A DNA stretch of 32,000 nt. Origin: Arthrobacter sp. Bi83. GTDB lineage: Bacteria; Actinomycetota; Actinomycetes; Actinomycetales; Micrococcaceae. The stretch is taken from positions 1-32,000 of the forward strand of contig NZ_CAKKLY010000020.1 in assembly GCF_918698095.1 (NCBI RefSeq), read 5' to 3'. The notes under the pieces are model-generated. The model was given only the letters and a program-made list of their open reading frames with translations, searched no databases and was not told the DNA's origin. Position 1 is the first letter of the stretch; each line of letters opens with the position of its first letter. The position numbers and the translations under genes are program-made. This document shows positions 1 through 8,129 of the stretch, one piece after another.

Positions 1-100
1 CTTCAAGGACGCGACGGCATCTGAGACATATTCCCGGCTGCAGCACGCTCCGGGTAACATTCCATAGGAACAAGTAACCCGGCTCACAGTATCCAGCGCA

Positions 101-2950
101 GTGTACGAGCCAAGTCCGAACCCTCGAAAGATAGTTTCCATGGCTGACACTGCAATGAATTCCGAAACAGATCTCGCCGCAGAACTCCGTGCGGACGTGC
201 GCCGCGTCTCCACCCTGCTGGGTGAATCGCTGGTCCGCCAGCACGGCCCCGAGCTCCTGGATCTCGTGGAGCAGGTGCGCCTGCTGACCAAAGAATCCAA
301 GGAGGCCGCCCGTGGCGGTGCGGATGCCACCGGTCCATGGAGCGCGCACGACGTCGTTGCCCAGGTCCGCGAGTTGCTCGCCTCCCTGCCGCTTGAGCAG
401 GCGACCGACCTGGTCCGCGCCTTTGCCTTTTACTTCCACCTGGCCAACGCCGCTGAACAGGTCCACCGGGTCCGCGGCCTGCGCACGCGGCAGGAGAAGG
501 ACGGCTGGCTCGCCAAGGCCGTCGCCGACATCGCCGGCCAGGCCGGCCCGGCCGTGCTGCAGGAAGTGGTCAACGAACTGGACGTGCGGCCCATCTTCAC
601 TGCCCACCCCACCGAGGCCTCCCGCCGTTCGGTGCTGGACAAGATCCGCAAGCTCTCCGATGTGCTGGCCGAGCCCACGGCGGAGGGCACCACTGCCCGC
701 CGCCGGCAGGACCGCCAGCTGTCCGAGATGATCGACCAGATGTGGCAGACGGACGAGCTCCGCCAGGTCCGGCCCACCCCGGTGGACGAGGCCCGCAACG
801 CCATCTACTACCTCAACAGCATCCTCACCGACGCCCTGCCCGAGATGCTCACGGATCTGTCCGCACTCCTCGGCGAGCACGGCGTCACCCTGCCTGCCCA
901 GAACGCCCCGATCAGGTTCGGTTCGTGGATCGGCGGCGACCGCGACGGCAACCCCAATGTCACCGCGGCCGTGACCCACGACATCCTCCAGCTGCAGAAC
1001 CAGAACGCCGTCCGGATCAGCATTGCCATGCTTGACGAGCTCATCTCGATCCTGTCCAACTCCACGGCCCTGGCCGGCGCGGACCAGGCGCTGCTCGATT
1101 CGATCGACGCGGACCTCGCGAAGCTGCCCGGCCTGGACCGGCGCATCCTCGAGCTCAACGCCCAGGAGCCCTACCGGCTCAAGCTGACCTGCATTAAGGC
1201 CAAGCTCATTAACACGGGCAAGCGGGTGTCGGCAGGATCGGCGCACCAGTCCGGCCGCGACTACACCTCCACCGAGGAGCTCATCTCCGAGCTGGAGCTG
1301 CTGGAACTCTCGCTGCGGAACCACTCGGCGTCGCTCGTCGCGGATGGTGCCCTGGCCCGCGTCCGGCGCGCCATCGCCTCCTTCGGCCTGCACCTGGCCA
1401 CCCTGGACATCCGCGAGCACGCCGACCACCACCATGACGCCGTCGGGCAGCTCATGGACCGCCTGGGCGGCCCTGGCATCCGGTACGCCGAACTGACGCG
1501 CGGCGAGCGTCTTGAGGTGCTGAGCGCGGAACTGGCGTCCCGCCGTCCGCTGTCCGGCCACCCGATTAAGCTCGACGGCGTTGCTGACGGCACGTACGAC
1601 GTCTTCCGCGAGATCCGGCGCGCCCTGCGCACCTACGGCCCCGATGTCATCGAGACGTACATCATCTCCATGACCCGCGGCGCGGACGACGTCCTTGCCG
1701 CTGCCGTCCTGGCACGTGAGGCCGGGCTGGTCAGCCTCTTCGGCGACGCCCCGTACGCAAAGATCGGCTTCGCCCCGCTGCTCGAAACCGTGGAGGAACT
1801 GCGGGCCTCCGCGGAGATCGTGGACCAGCTGCTGTCCGATCCCTCCTACCGCGAACTTGTCCGCCTGCGCGGCGATGTCCAGGAAGTCATGCTGGGCTAC
1901 TCGGACTCCAACAAGGAGTCCGGTGTGATGACCAGCCAGTGGGAGATCCACAAGACCCAGCGCAAGCTCCGCGACATCGCTGCCAAGCACGGCGTCCGCG
2001 TCCGCCTCTTCCACGGCCGCGGCGGATCCGTCGGCCGCGGCGGCGGGCCCACGTACGACGCAATCATGGCCCAGCCCAACGGCGTGCTCGAGGGTGAAAT
2101 CAAGTTCACCGAACAGGGCGAAGTCATCTCGGACAAGTACTCGCTGCCGGAACTGGCCCGCGAGAACCTGGAGCTGTCGCTGGCCGCCGTCATGCAGGGT
2201 TCCGCGCTGCACCGCACCCCGCGGACGTCCGATGACCAGCGTGAGCGCTTCGGGCACGTCATGGAGACCATCTCCGACGCCGCCTTTGCCCGTTACCGCA
2301 GCCTGATCGATCACCCCGACCTGCCGGCGTACTTCATGGCCTCCACGCCCGTGGAGCAGCTCGGCTCACTCAACATCGGTTCCCGCCCGTCCAAGCGCCC
2401 CGACTCGGGCGCCGGCCTCGGCGGCCTGCGGGCCATCCCGTGGGTGTTCGGCTGGACCCAGTCCCGGCAGATCGTGCCCGGCTGGTTCGGCGTGGGCTCC
2501 GGCCTGAAGGCTGCCCGCGAGGCCGGCAACTCAGGCCAGCTCGTGGAGATGATGGAAGGCTGGCACTTCTTCCGCTCGGTGCTCTCCAACGTGGAGATGA
2601 CGCTTGCCAAGACGGACATGGACATTGCCGGCTACTACGTGGACACCCTGGTTCCCCCGGAACTGCACCACCTGTTCCGCGCCATCCGCGAGGAGTACGA
2701 ACTCACGGTCACGGAAATCCAGAACCTCACCGGCGAGAACGTGCTCCTGGACGCCCAGCCCACGCTCAAGCGGTCACTGGAAATCCGCGACCAGTACCTC
2801 GACCCCATTAGCTACCTCCAGGTGGAACTACTGCGCCGTGTGAGGGCCGAAGGGACCAGCATTTCCGGTGCCGAGATCGACGAGCGCCTCCAGCGGGCCA
2901 TGCTCATCACCGTCAACGGAGTCGCGGCCGGCCTGCGCAACACGGGGTAG
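101..2950 (+). CDS. ppc: Phosphoenolpyruvate carboxylase
   Basis: 949-aa ORF with PEPC hallmarks in the translation: [39 protein letters not shown] and C-terminal ...GLRNTG. Start is uncertain: GTG 101 or ATG 140 (MADTAMNSE...). Confidence 0.95.
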   Translation: MYEPSPNPRKIVSMADTAMNSETDLAAELRADVRRVSTLLGESLVRQHGPELLDLVEQVRLLTKESKEAARGGADATGPWSAHDVVAQVRELLASLPLEQATDLVRAFAFYFHLANAAEQVHRVRGLRTRQEKDGWLAKAVADIAGQAGPAVLQEVVNELDVRPIFTAHPTEASRRSVLDKIRKLSDVLAEPTAEGTTARRRQDRQLSEMIDQMWQTDELRQVRPTPVDEARNAIYYLNSILTDALPEMLTDLSALLGEHGVTLPAQNAPIRFGSWIGGDRDGNPNVTAAVTHDILQLQNQNAVRISIAMLDELISILSNSTALAGADQALLDSIDADLAKLPGLDRRILELNAQEPYRLKLTCIKAKLINTGKRVSAGSAHQSGRDYTSTEELISELELLELSLRNHSASLVADGALARVRRAIASFGLHLATLDIREHADHHHDAVGQLMDRLGGPGIRYAELTRGERLEVLSAELASRRPLSGHPIKLDGVADGTYDVFREIRRALRTYGPDVIETYIISMTRGADDVLAAAVLAREAGLVSLFGDAPYAKIGFAPLLETVEELRASAEIVDQLLSDPSYRELVRLRGDVQEVMLGYSDSNKESGVMTSQWEIHKTQRKLRDIAAKHGVRVRLFHGRGGSVGRGGGPTYDAIMAQPNGVLEGEIKFTEQGEVISDKYSLPELARENLELSLAAVMQGSALHRTPRTSDDQRERFGHVMETISDAAFARYRSLIDHPDLPAYFMASTPVEQLGSLNIGSRPSKRPDSGAGLGGLRAIPWVFGWTQSRQIVPGWFGVGSGLKAAREAGNSGQLVEMMEGWHFFRSVLSNVEMTLAKTDMDIAGYYVDTLVPPELHHLFRAIREEYELTVTEIQNLTGENVLLDAQPTLKRSLEIRDQYLDPISYLQVELLRRVRAEGTSISGAEIDERLQRAMLITVNGVAAGLRNTG

Positions 2951-2970
2951 CGCCGGGCGTTCAACCACCG

Positions 2971-3348
2971 ACGCTCTCTCACTTCCTGCTGTCTTTTCCC
3001 AACGCTCTCTCACTTCCTGCCGTCTTTTCCCAAACGCTCTCTCACTTCCTGCCGTCTTTTCCCAAACGCTCTCTCACCCGGTGAGAGAGCGTTTGGGTTT
3101 TTGGTGCGGTAGGTGAGAGAGCGTTTGGGTTTTTGGTGCGGTAGGTGAGAGAGCGTTTGGGTTTTTGGTGCGGTAGGTGAGAGAGCGTTTGGGTTTTTGG
3201 TGCGGTAGGTGAGAGAGCGTTTGGGTTTTTGGTGCGGTAGGTGAGAGAGCGTTTGGGTTTTTGGTGCGGTAGGTGAGAGAGCGTTTGGGTTTTTGGTGCG
3301 GTAGGTGAGAGAGCGTTTGGGTTTTTGGTGCGGTAGGTGAGAGAGCGT
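2971..3348. repeat. Inverted tandem-repeat array A: 4 forward plus 9 reverse copies of core ACGCTCTCTCAC/GTGAGAGAGCGT at 32-bp period
   Basis: Forward core copies start at 2971, 3002, 3034 and 3066. Reverse copies start at 3081, 3113, 3145, 3177, 3209, 3241, 3273, 3305 and 3337. The reverse unit GGTGAGAGAGCGTTTGGGTTTTTGGTGCGGTA is essentially perfect. The array fills the convergent gap between the ppc stop (2950) and the ABC ATPase stop (3359). Confidence 0.95.
3061..3102 (+). terminator. Intrinsic terminator candidate for ppc at the inversion point of array A
   Basis: Perfect 17-bp stem, CCCAAACGCTCTCTCAC (3061-3077) with GTGAGAGAGCGTTTGGG (3081-3097). Loop is 3 nt, followed by TTTTT (3098-3102). 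Confidence 0.7.
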
Positions 3349-3358
3349 CGTGGCGGGG

Positions 3359-4117
3359 TCAGGGGTGGTCGCCGTATGCCGGGCCGTAGTGCACCACGAT
3401 GGTCCGGCGGCGCGTGTCATCGTCGGCATAGGTGACTGTGCTCAGCGGCACGCCGTAGAGGTCGGATAGCGCCGAGTCCGTGAGCAGCTCCGAAGCCTGA
3501 CCAGTCCGGGCGCCGCTGCGGCCCAGGAGGACCACGCGGTCTGCGAGCTGCAGGGCATGGTCGGGGTGGTGGGTGCTGAGCAGCAGGGCCATTCCGCCGG
3601 CCATCAGTTCGCGCAGGAGGGTCAGGACCCGGACCTGATTTTTCAGGTCAAGGCCCGTAGCGGGCTCGTCCAGCACCAGGACGGGGGAGCCGGATGCGAT
3701 CGCCCGCGCGATGAGAATCAGCTGTTGCTCGCCGCCGCTTAGGGTGGGGAACAACCGGTCCCGCAGGTCGCCGGCGCCCACGCGTTCCATCGCCTCCGCG
3801 GCAGCTGCCCGGTCCGCAGACCCCGGTGTCCGGAAGACACTTACATGCCTCGCCCGTCCCATCAGAACCATGTCCAGCGCGCGGTAGGCGAAGGCGCTGC
3901 CGTGGGCCTGCGGCACGTATCCGGCGCTTTCGGTGCGGCGGACCGTTCCCTCTGCCGGTGCGAGCAGCCCGGCGGCACAGCGCACCAGGGTGGTCTTGCC
4001 GCTGCCGTTGGGTCCGAGCACTGCGGTGGCCGTGCCGGCCGGCACCCGGAAACTGACGTTCCGAAACAGCCACTCCTTCGCCGTGTAGCCGAAGCCCACC
4101 CGCTCCAGTTCAAGCAC
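3359..4117 (-). CDS. ABC transporter ATP-binding protein (FecE/BtuD-like)
   Basis: Walker A GPNGSGKTT, signature LSGGEQQ, Walker B VLVLDEP, H-loop STHHPD. Start is placed at GTG 4117 (VLELERVGF...), overlapping the permease stop (4110-4112) by 8 nt. The longer ORF-track start at 4174 would add a non-conserved extension overlapping the permease. Confidence 0.9.
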   Translation of the reverse strand: MLELERVGFGYTAKEWLFRNVSFRVPAGTATAVLGPNGSGKTTLVRCAAGLLAPAEGTVRRTESAGYVPQAHGSAFAYRALDMVLMGRARHVSVFRTPGSADRAAAAEAMERVGAGDLRDRLFPTLSGGEQQLILIARAIASGSPVLVLDEPATGLDLKNQVRVLTLLRELMAGGMALLLSTHHPDHALQLADRVVLLGRSGARTGQASELLTDSALSDLYGVPLSTVTYADDDTRRRTIVVHYGPAYGDHP

Positions 4118-5249
4118 TGTCCCAGATCCTTTCCCGGTTCCGGCGCAGAAGCAGGAAGAAGGCGGGCGCGCCAATCAGGGCGGTGAGCACTCCCAGCGGA
4201 ATCTCGCCGGCAGTCGCGGTCCGGGCAAGTGTGTCGACCAGGACGATGTAGGCCCCGCCCAGCAGGAAGGACACGGGCAGCAGTACCCTGTGGTCCGGTC
4301 CCACCCACATCCGGGCAAGGTGCGGAACCACCAGGCCCACCCAGCTCACTGCACCGCTGACAGCAACCGCCCCGGCCACGATCAGCGCTACCGCGACCAG
4401 CACAACCCAGCGCAGCGGACCGGGCTGTACCCCCAGGGCGGCGGCGTCGTCGTCGCCCAGTGAAAGCACGTTGATGCGCCAGCGCAATAGCAGGAGTATC
4501 GCGGCGCCACCCAGGACGGGGACCAGCGCCACCAGGACCTTCGTGAACGTGGCTGTGGCAACGCTGCCAAGCAGCCAGAAGACGATGGCCGGCAGGGTGG
4601 TGTTGGGGTCCGCGATGTAGGTGACCAAAGCGACCAGGGCGGAGAAGAACGACCCCGTGACCACCCCGCCGAGCACGATCATCAGCATCGGGGTTCCTGC
4701 CCGGCCCGAGGTGATCAGGAACAGCGTGGCGAGGGCAACCAGGCCAAAAACGAAGGAACCGGCGACCAGCAGGAACGTGCCCAGGCCGAGCAGCAAAGCC
4801 AGGGAACCGCCGAAGGACGCGCCGGCGGAAACCCCGATGATTTCCGGGCTGACCAGCGGATTGCGGAAGATGGCCTGCAGGGCCGCGCCCCCGATCGCCA
4901 GGCCGCCGCCCACCAGCAGGGCGAGCAGGATCCGCGGCATCCGCACGAGCAGAACGACATTCTGCTCCGTGCCGCTTGCCTCGGTGGGGAACGGAACGAG
5001 CTGGGCACCGAGGATCTGGACGACATGCCCCACCGGCACGCTGTACCGGCCGGCTGCCAGTGCCAGCAGTCCTGCGGCTGCCAGGAAAACGGCGGTAAGC
5101 GCGATGGGCCCGAAGATGGCAGGTTCGCGGCGCCGGTCGAGGGGACCCCGCCCCGATGCCTTCCGGTCAGCCCGCAGGCGGCGGCTGTTCAGGCCCCTGC
5201 GGTTCAGGCCCCTGCGGTTAAGGCGCGGAGTCCTCGCTTCATCCAGCAT
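4110..5249 (-). CDS. ABC transporter permease, FecCD/BtuC family
   Basis: 379-aa polytopic hydrophobic protein with many Gly/Ala/Leu-rich helices, sitting between a Peripla_BP_2-like binding protein and the ATPase. ATG 5249 overlaps the binding-protein stop. The N-terminus is Arg-rich and contains a 15-bp tandem duplication. Confidence 0.85.
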   Translation of the reverse strand: MLDEARTPRLNRRGLNRRGLNSRRLRADRKASGRGPLDRRREPAIFGPIALTAVFLAAAGLLALAAGRYSVPVGHVVQILGAQLVPFPTEASGTEQNVVLLVRMPRILLALLVGGGLAIGGAALQAIFRNPLVSPEIIGVSAGASFGGSLALLLGLGTFLLVAGSFVFGLVALATLFLITSGRAGTPMLMIVLGGVVTGSFFSALVALVTYIADPNTTLPAIVFWLLGSVATATFTKVLVALVPVLGGAAILLLLRWRINVLSLGDDDAAALGVQPGPLRWVVLVAVALIVAGAVAVSGAVSWVGLVVPHLARMWVGPDHRVLLPVSFLLGGAYIVLVDTLARTATAGEIPLGVLTALIGAPAFFLLLRRNRERIWDSA

Positions 5250-6390
5250 TGAACTGTTGGTAGTGGGCGGACCCGCCGTTTGCCTCAGTCCAGAGAATCT
5301 TATCCAGCTCCTTTGCCGTCAGCTCATGGTTGTAGAGGAACCGGAAGTATTCGGTGGCTTTGCCACGCAGCCCCGACTGCTGCCGAGGGAAGGCGATGTC
5401 GGCCAGCCAATGCCACATCAGCGGCGACTCCTGGCCGGGCGGGTCCCAGCGGTAGCCGCCGAGCGGCACCTTGTACACACGGCGGGTGCGCACCGCAGAA
5501 ACGTCCTTCCACACGGGATCGGAGTAGATGTCCTGGGGCATGGCCGCATCGAAGTTGCCCAGCAGGATCACCTCGGGGTCCCAGCGCAGGACCTGCTCGA
5601 CGTCGAGACCCACCATGCCGGACCCCGGCAGGGGATCGTTGCCGGTGGCTGGGTTGGTTGCCCCCACGAGCTTGATGTAGAAGTCGTTGTAGCTGTTGGC
5701 TGCAGCAACCTTCAGGCCGCCGGTGAAGCGGTTGAAGTAGAGAACGCTGGGGCCCTTGGTGCCGCGGCCGGCTGCCAGAGATTTGATCTCCGCCAGTTCC
5801 TGGTCGCTGCGGGCCTTGATTTCGGTGGCGCGTTCCGGTTTGCCGAGCATCGCGGCGAACAAGGTCACCCAGGCGTCCACGTCCTCCTGCCTGCCCGTGT
5901 TTTTCAGGCCGATCACCTGCAGGCCGGCCTTCTCCAGCGGTTCGATGAGTTGTTCATCCGACCACTGGATGACGACGTCGGGGTTCAGGGCGCGCACGCT
6001 CTCAACGTTCGCTGTGAAGTCCTGGGTGGCGATTTCATGCGGCAGGTCCAGGGTGCGGGGAAACATGGTGCCCATGATGCCGTCGCGCATCGCCACCCAA
6101 GACACATTGTGCATGGCGGCGAGATGGTCGGCGCTTCGGTCCACGGCCACGAGCAGCGATGCGGAGGGCATGGGGATGGTCACCACGCGGGTGACGGGCT
6201 GGGCGAACGTGAGGGTCTTGCCGCGCTGGTCGGTGACGCTGATGTTTTCCGCGCCGGCTTGGGTGCCGCTGCCGGAAGGGGACGACGGCGGTGCGGAGCC
6301 GGATGCGCCGCATCCCGCCAGAAGGGCTGCTGAACCTCCCGCCACAAACACCTGAAGGGCCGTGCGTCGGTTCAGATCGGCGACTCCCAT
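5239..6390 (-). CDS. ABC transporter substrate-binding lipoprotein (siderophore/corrinoid class)
   Basis: 383 aa. The N-terminus MGVADLNRRTALQVFVAGGSAALLAGC has a twin-arginine-like motif plus a lipobox (LAGC). The body resembles class III (FhuD/BtuF-like) binding proteins. A GGGGG Shine-Dalgarno-like run lies 6 nt upstream of ATG 6390. Confidence 0.85.
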   Translation of the reverse strand: MGVADLNRRTALQVFVAGGSAALLAGCGASGSAPPSSPSGSGTQAGAENISVTDQRGKTLTFAQPVTRVVTIPMPSASLLVAVDRSADHLAAMHNVSWVAMRDGIMGTMFPRTLDLPHEIATQDFTANVESVRALNPDVVIQWSDEQLIEPLEKAGLQVIGLKNTGRQEDVDAWVTLFAAMLGKPERATEIKARSDQELAEIKSLAAGRGTKGPSVLYFNRFTGGLKVAAANSYNDFYIKLVGATNPATGNDPLPGSGMVGLDVEQVLRWDPEVILLGNFDAAMPQDIYSDPVWKDVSAVRTRRVYKVPLGGYRWDPPGQESPLMWHWLADIAFPRQQSGLRGKATEYFRFLYNHELTAKELDKILWTEANGGSAHYQQFNAG

Positions 6391-6574
6391 GTCTGACCCC
6401 CTGAGCTCGGTTCTTCACAGCATCCGCTCGAACCGCATGGCTGTCAACGCTGCCCATCGCAGGCTTCCCATTCGCCGCTTGCCGGGTTGCGGGCTGTCCG
6501 GTACTTGCCTGCCACTTGTCGGTGACAGGGGCCGGTGTTACTTTCAGAGGACCCTTGCAGAAGGTGGCCAGCTG

Positions 6575-7348
6575 ATGGTTATCGACGGTGCCCAATTGTT
6601 TGTCCGCTATGCCTACCCGCCGAATTCGCGCGGCAGCTGCGGGCCCCCGGACAGTGACGCACTCCTTCACTACGGCCAGTCTGGCGTGACCGACGAGGGC
6701 CTGCGCGAATTGGCCAAGGGCTTCGCGGGGGCGTGGCCTTACCTGGAATTGATCGCCGGCTCCCATGGCATACCGGACCCGCTGGACGCCCGCGTCGTCG
6801 AGGCGTATTGGGTGGGCAACAGCCTGCTGGACTCCGTGGGCATCACCAACATCGGCAACTCCATGGAAGACCGCTTCCGTGCACGCACGGGCAGGCAGTT
6901 CCCGCACCTTGTGGAAGGCGTTCTGGCCGGCGGAGTACCGCACCACAGTTTCCATGTCTTCGAGATCTACCCGTGGTTGGGTCTGCTCCGCGATGACCGC
7001 CGGTACGCCACAGCGTTGCACGTGCTGGACCGGTGCCGGATCCGGTGGGGTGAGGTGCTGGCTGTCACCGGCGACGACGCAGTAGTGCGTACCTGGCCGC
7101 TGTCATGGGATGGAACGACGCTGGATGTGGGCGGCCCGGAGGTGGAGTCGGCCAAGTATGCCGTAAACGGCACCGGCTTCGTGGCGGGCCTCGCGGCAGG
7201 GGACGTGGTGTCACTCCACTGGGATTGGGTGTGCGACCGCCTCAGCCCGCATCAGCTGCAGCAGTTGAAGTACTTCACAGCCCGCCACCTCAAGATTGCG
7301 AACAGCGGCGTGGAGCACCGTGGCGCAGCAATAGCGCTGGAGCGGTAG
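6575..7348 (+). CDS. Conserved hypothetical protein, hydrogenase-neighbourhood family (recalled as DUF6390-like, unverified)
   Basis: 257 aa from ATG 6575, preceded by GAAGGTGG. The sequence begins MVIDGAQLFVRYAYPPNSRGSCGP, contains HHSFHVFEIYPW and ends near LHWDWVCDRL. High GC3. The ORF-track start at 6362 overlaps the divergent binding-protein gene and looks non-coding. Confidence 0.7.
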   Translation: MVIDGAQLFVRYAYPPNSRGSCGPPDSDALLHYGQSGVTDEGLRELAKGFAGAWPYLELIAGSHGIPDPLDARVVEAYWVGNSLLDSVGITNIGNSMEDRFRARTGRQFPHLVEGVLAGGVPHHSFHVFEIYPWLGLLRDDRRYATALHVLDRCRIRWGEVLAVTGDDAVVRTWPLSWDGTTLDVGGPEVESAKYAVNGTGFVAGLAAGDVVSLHWDWVCDRLSPHQLQQLKYFTARHLKIANSGVEHRGAAIALER

Positions 7349-7461
7349 AACTGCCTCAGCGTTGCGGATAGCACTGCGCCCGGCGTACAGCGCCCTGCGG
7401 CGGCAACCGGACGTAGGCATGGTCCGGACGTAGACATGGTCCTGGCGGCAGATGCCGAAAG

Positions 7462-7800
7462 CTATGGTGAGTGCGGCGCCGCGCCGTCCGTATCTTCTGG
7501 AGGCTTCACGCCGGTGGAACCGCGCGGAGACGACGTGCCGGTGGGACGCTCAGCCGGAGATTCGTCGGTGCCCGTGTGTTCGCGCCCGGCCTCCGTGCCC
7601 TCCTGTTTGAGCACGTCCTCACCCCGACGGGTGGTGCTCTCGCCGACACCTCGCGGTGGGGGAGCCGCGTCCTCGGGGGTTTCATCAGAGCCGGGGTGTG
7701 CCGGCTCCCTTAGCGGCGGTTCGCTGCCGAACGCGCGCGCCGTGCCCGGGGCTGTCCCTTCGGCCGGCTCGGTCGGAGTGGGTTCATCCGTGGGTGACAT
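7462..7800 (-). CDS. Acidic Pro/Glu/Thr-rich, probably disordered protein (hypothetical)
   Basis: ATG 7800 is preceded by GAGGAGAG. An alternative GTG at 7872 overlaps the hypC end. The translation is low complexity (MSPTDEPTPTEPAEGTAPG...). It is the last ORF of the hydrogenase operon. GC3 is only moderately high. Confidence 0.45.
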   Translation of the reverse strand: MSPTDEPTPTEPAEGTAPGTARAFGSEPPLREPAHPGSDETPEDAAPPPRGVGESTTRRGEDVLKQEGTEAGREHTGTDESPAERPTGTSSPRGSTGVKPPEDTDGAAPHSP

Positions 7801-7858
7801 CTTGCTCTCCTCGCTGTATTTGTGTTCGTCAGCCGCCTCCGGCTGCCCTGACCGGTTT

Positions 7859-8116
7859 CTAGGGGGTATCACCTTCGGGTTCTCTGGGGCGACCCATCAG
7901 TTCCAGGCCGGTCATTGCCCGTTCGGCGCCTGCGTCGTCGACCCGCTCCAGGGCGAAACCCATGTGGATGAGAACCCAGCTGCCCGGCGCCAGCGGGCCG
8001 TCGTCGAGAAGTCCGATATTGATTTTCCGCCGCACACCGGCCACATCAACGAGGGCGAGCTGACCGCCGTAGCCCTCCACGAGCTCAATGACCTGGCCTG
8101 GTATTCCGAGACACAT
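7859..8116 (-). CDS. hypC: Hydrogenase maturation chaperone HypC/HupF family
   Basis: 85 aa starting MCLGIPGQVIEL, the canonical N-terminal Cys2 motif. Located 13 nt downstream of the endopeptidase stop. Confidence 0.9.
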   Translation of the reverse strand: MCLGIPGQVIELVEGYGGQLALVDVAGVRRKINIGLLDDGPLAPGSWVLIHMGFALERVDDAGAERAMTGLELMGRPREPEGDTP

Positions 8117-8129
8117 GACCGCTACCGCC

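Noticed and set aside
1-100. Possible 3' end of an upstream gene or a ppc promoter in the first 100 nt
   Set aside because: The sequence is too short to support either. No convincing -35/-10 pair or ORF evidence could be established.
2971-3348. CRISPR-array interpretation of the 32-bp repeats (also 23659-23907)
   Set aside because: Units are contiguous with no unique spacers. The arrays invert orientation in the middle, and no cas genes or leader-like sequence occur in the window.
3010-3429. 139-aa minus-strand ORF with a repeated peptide (LSHLPHQKPKRSLTYRTKNPNA...), and the analogous ORF at 23699-24073
   Set aside because: These are read-through translations of the 32-bp repeat arrays. 32 is not a multiple of 3, so the frame rotates every unit, giving a 96-bp peptide period. 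There is no ribosome-binding site or independent coding signal.
4621-6333. 570-aa plus-strand ORF opposite the ABC permease and binding-protein genes
   Set aside because: It is antisense to two well-supported transporter genes, and its composition (Arg/Pro/Ala/Gly-rich) is characteristic of the non-coding frame of GC-rich genes.
3359-6390. The ABC importer as a dedicated nickel uptake system for the neighbouring hydrogenase
   Set aside because: The components look like the FecBCD/BtuFCD (siderophore/corrinoid) class, not the NikABCDE or Cbi/NikMNQO classes. A NiCoT nickel permease is already encoded next to hypA. Linkage to the hydrogenase is therefore unsupported.
6362-6574. N-terminal extension of the DUF6390-like gene from the ORF-track start at 6362
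   Set aside because: The extension overlaps the divergent binding-protein start and is Arg/Cys/Leu-rich with no coding character. ATG 6575 has a GAAGGTGG ribosome-binding site.
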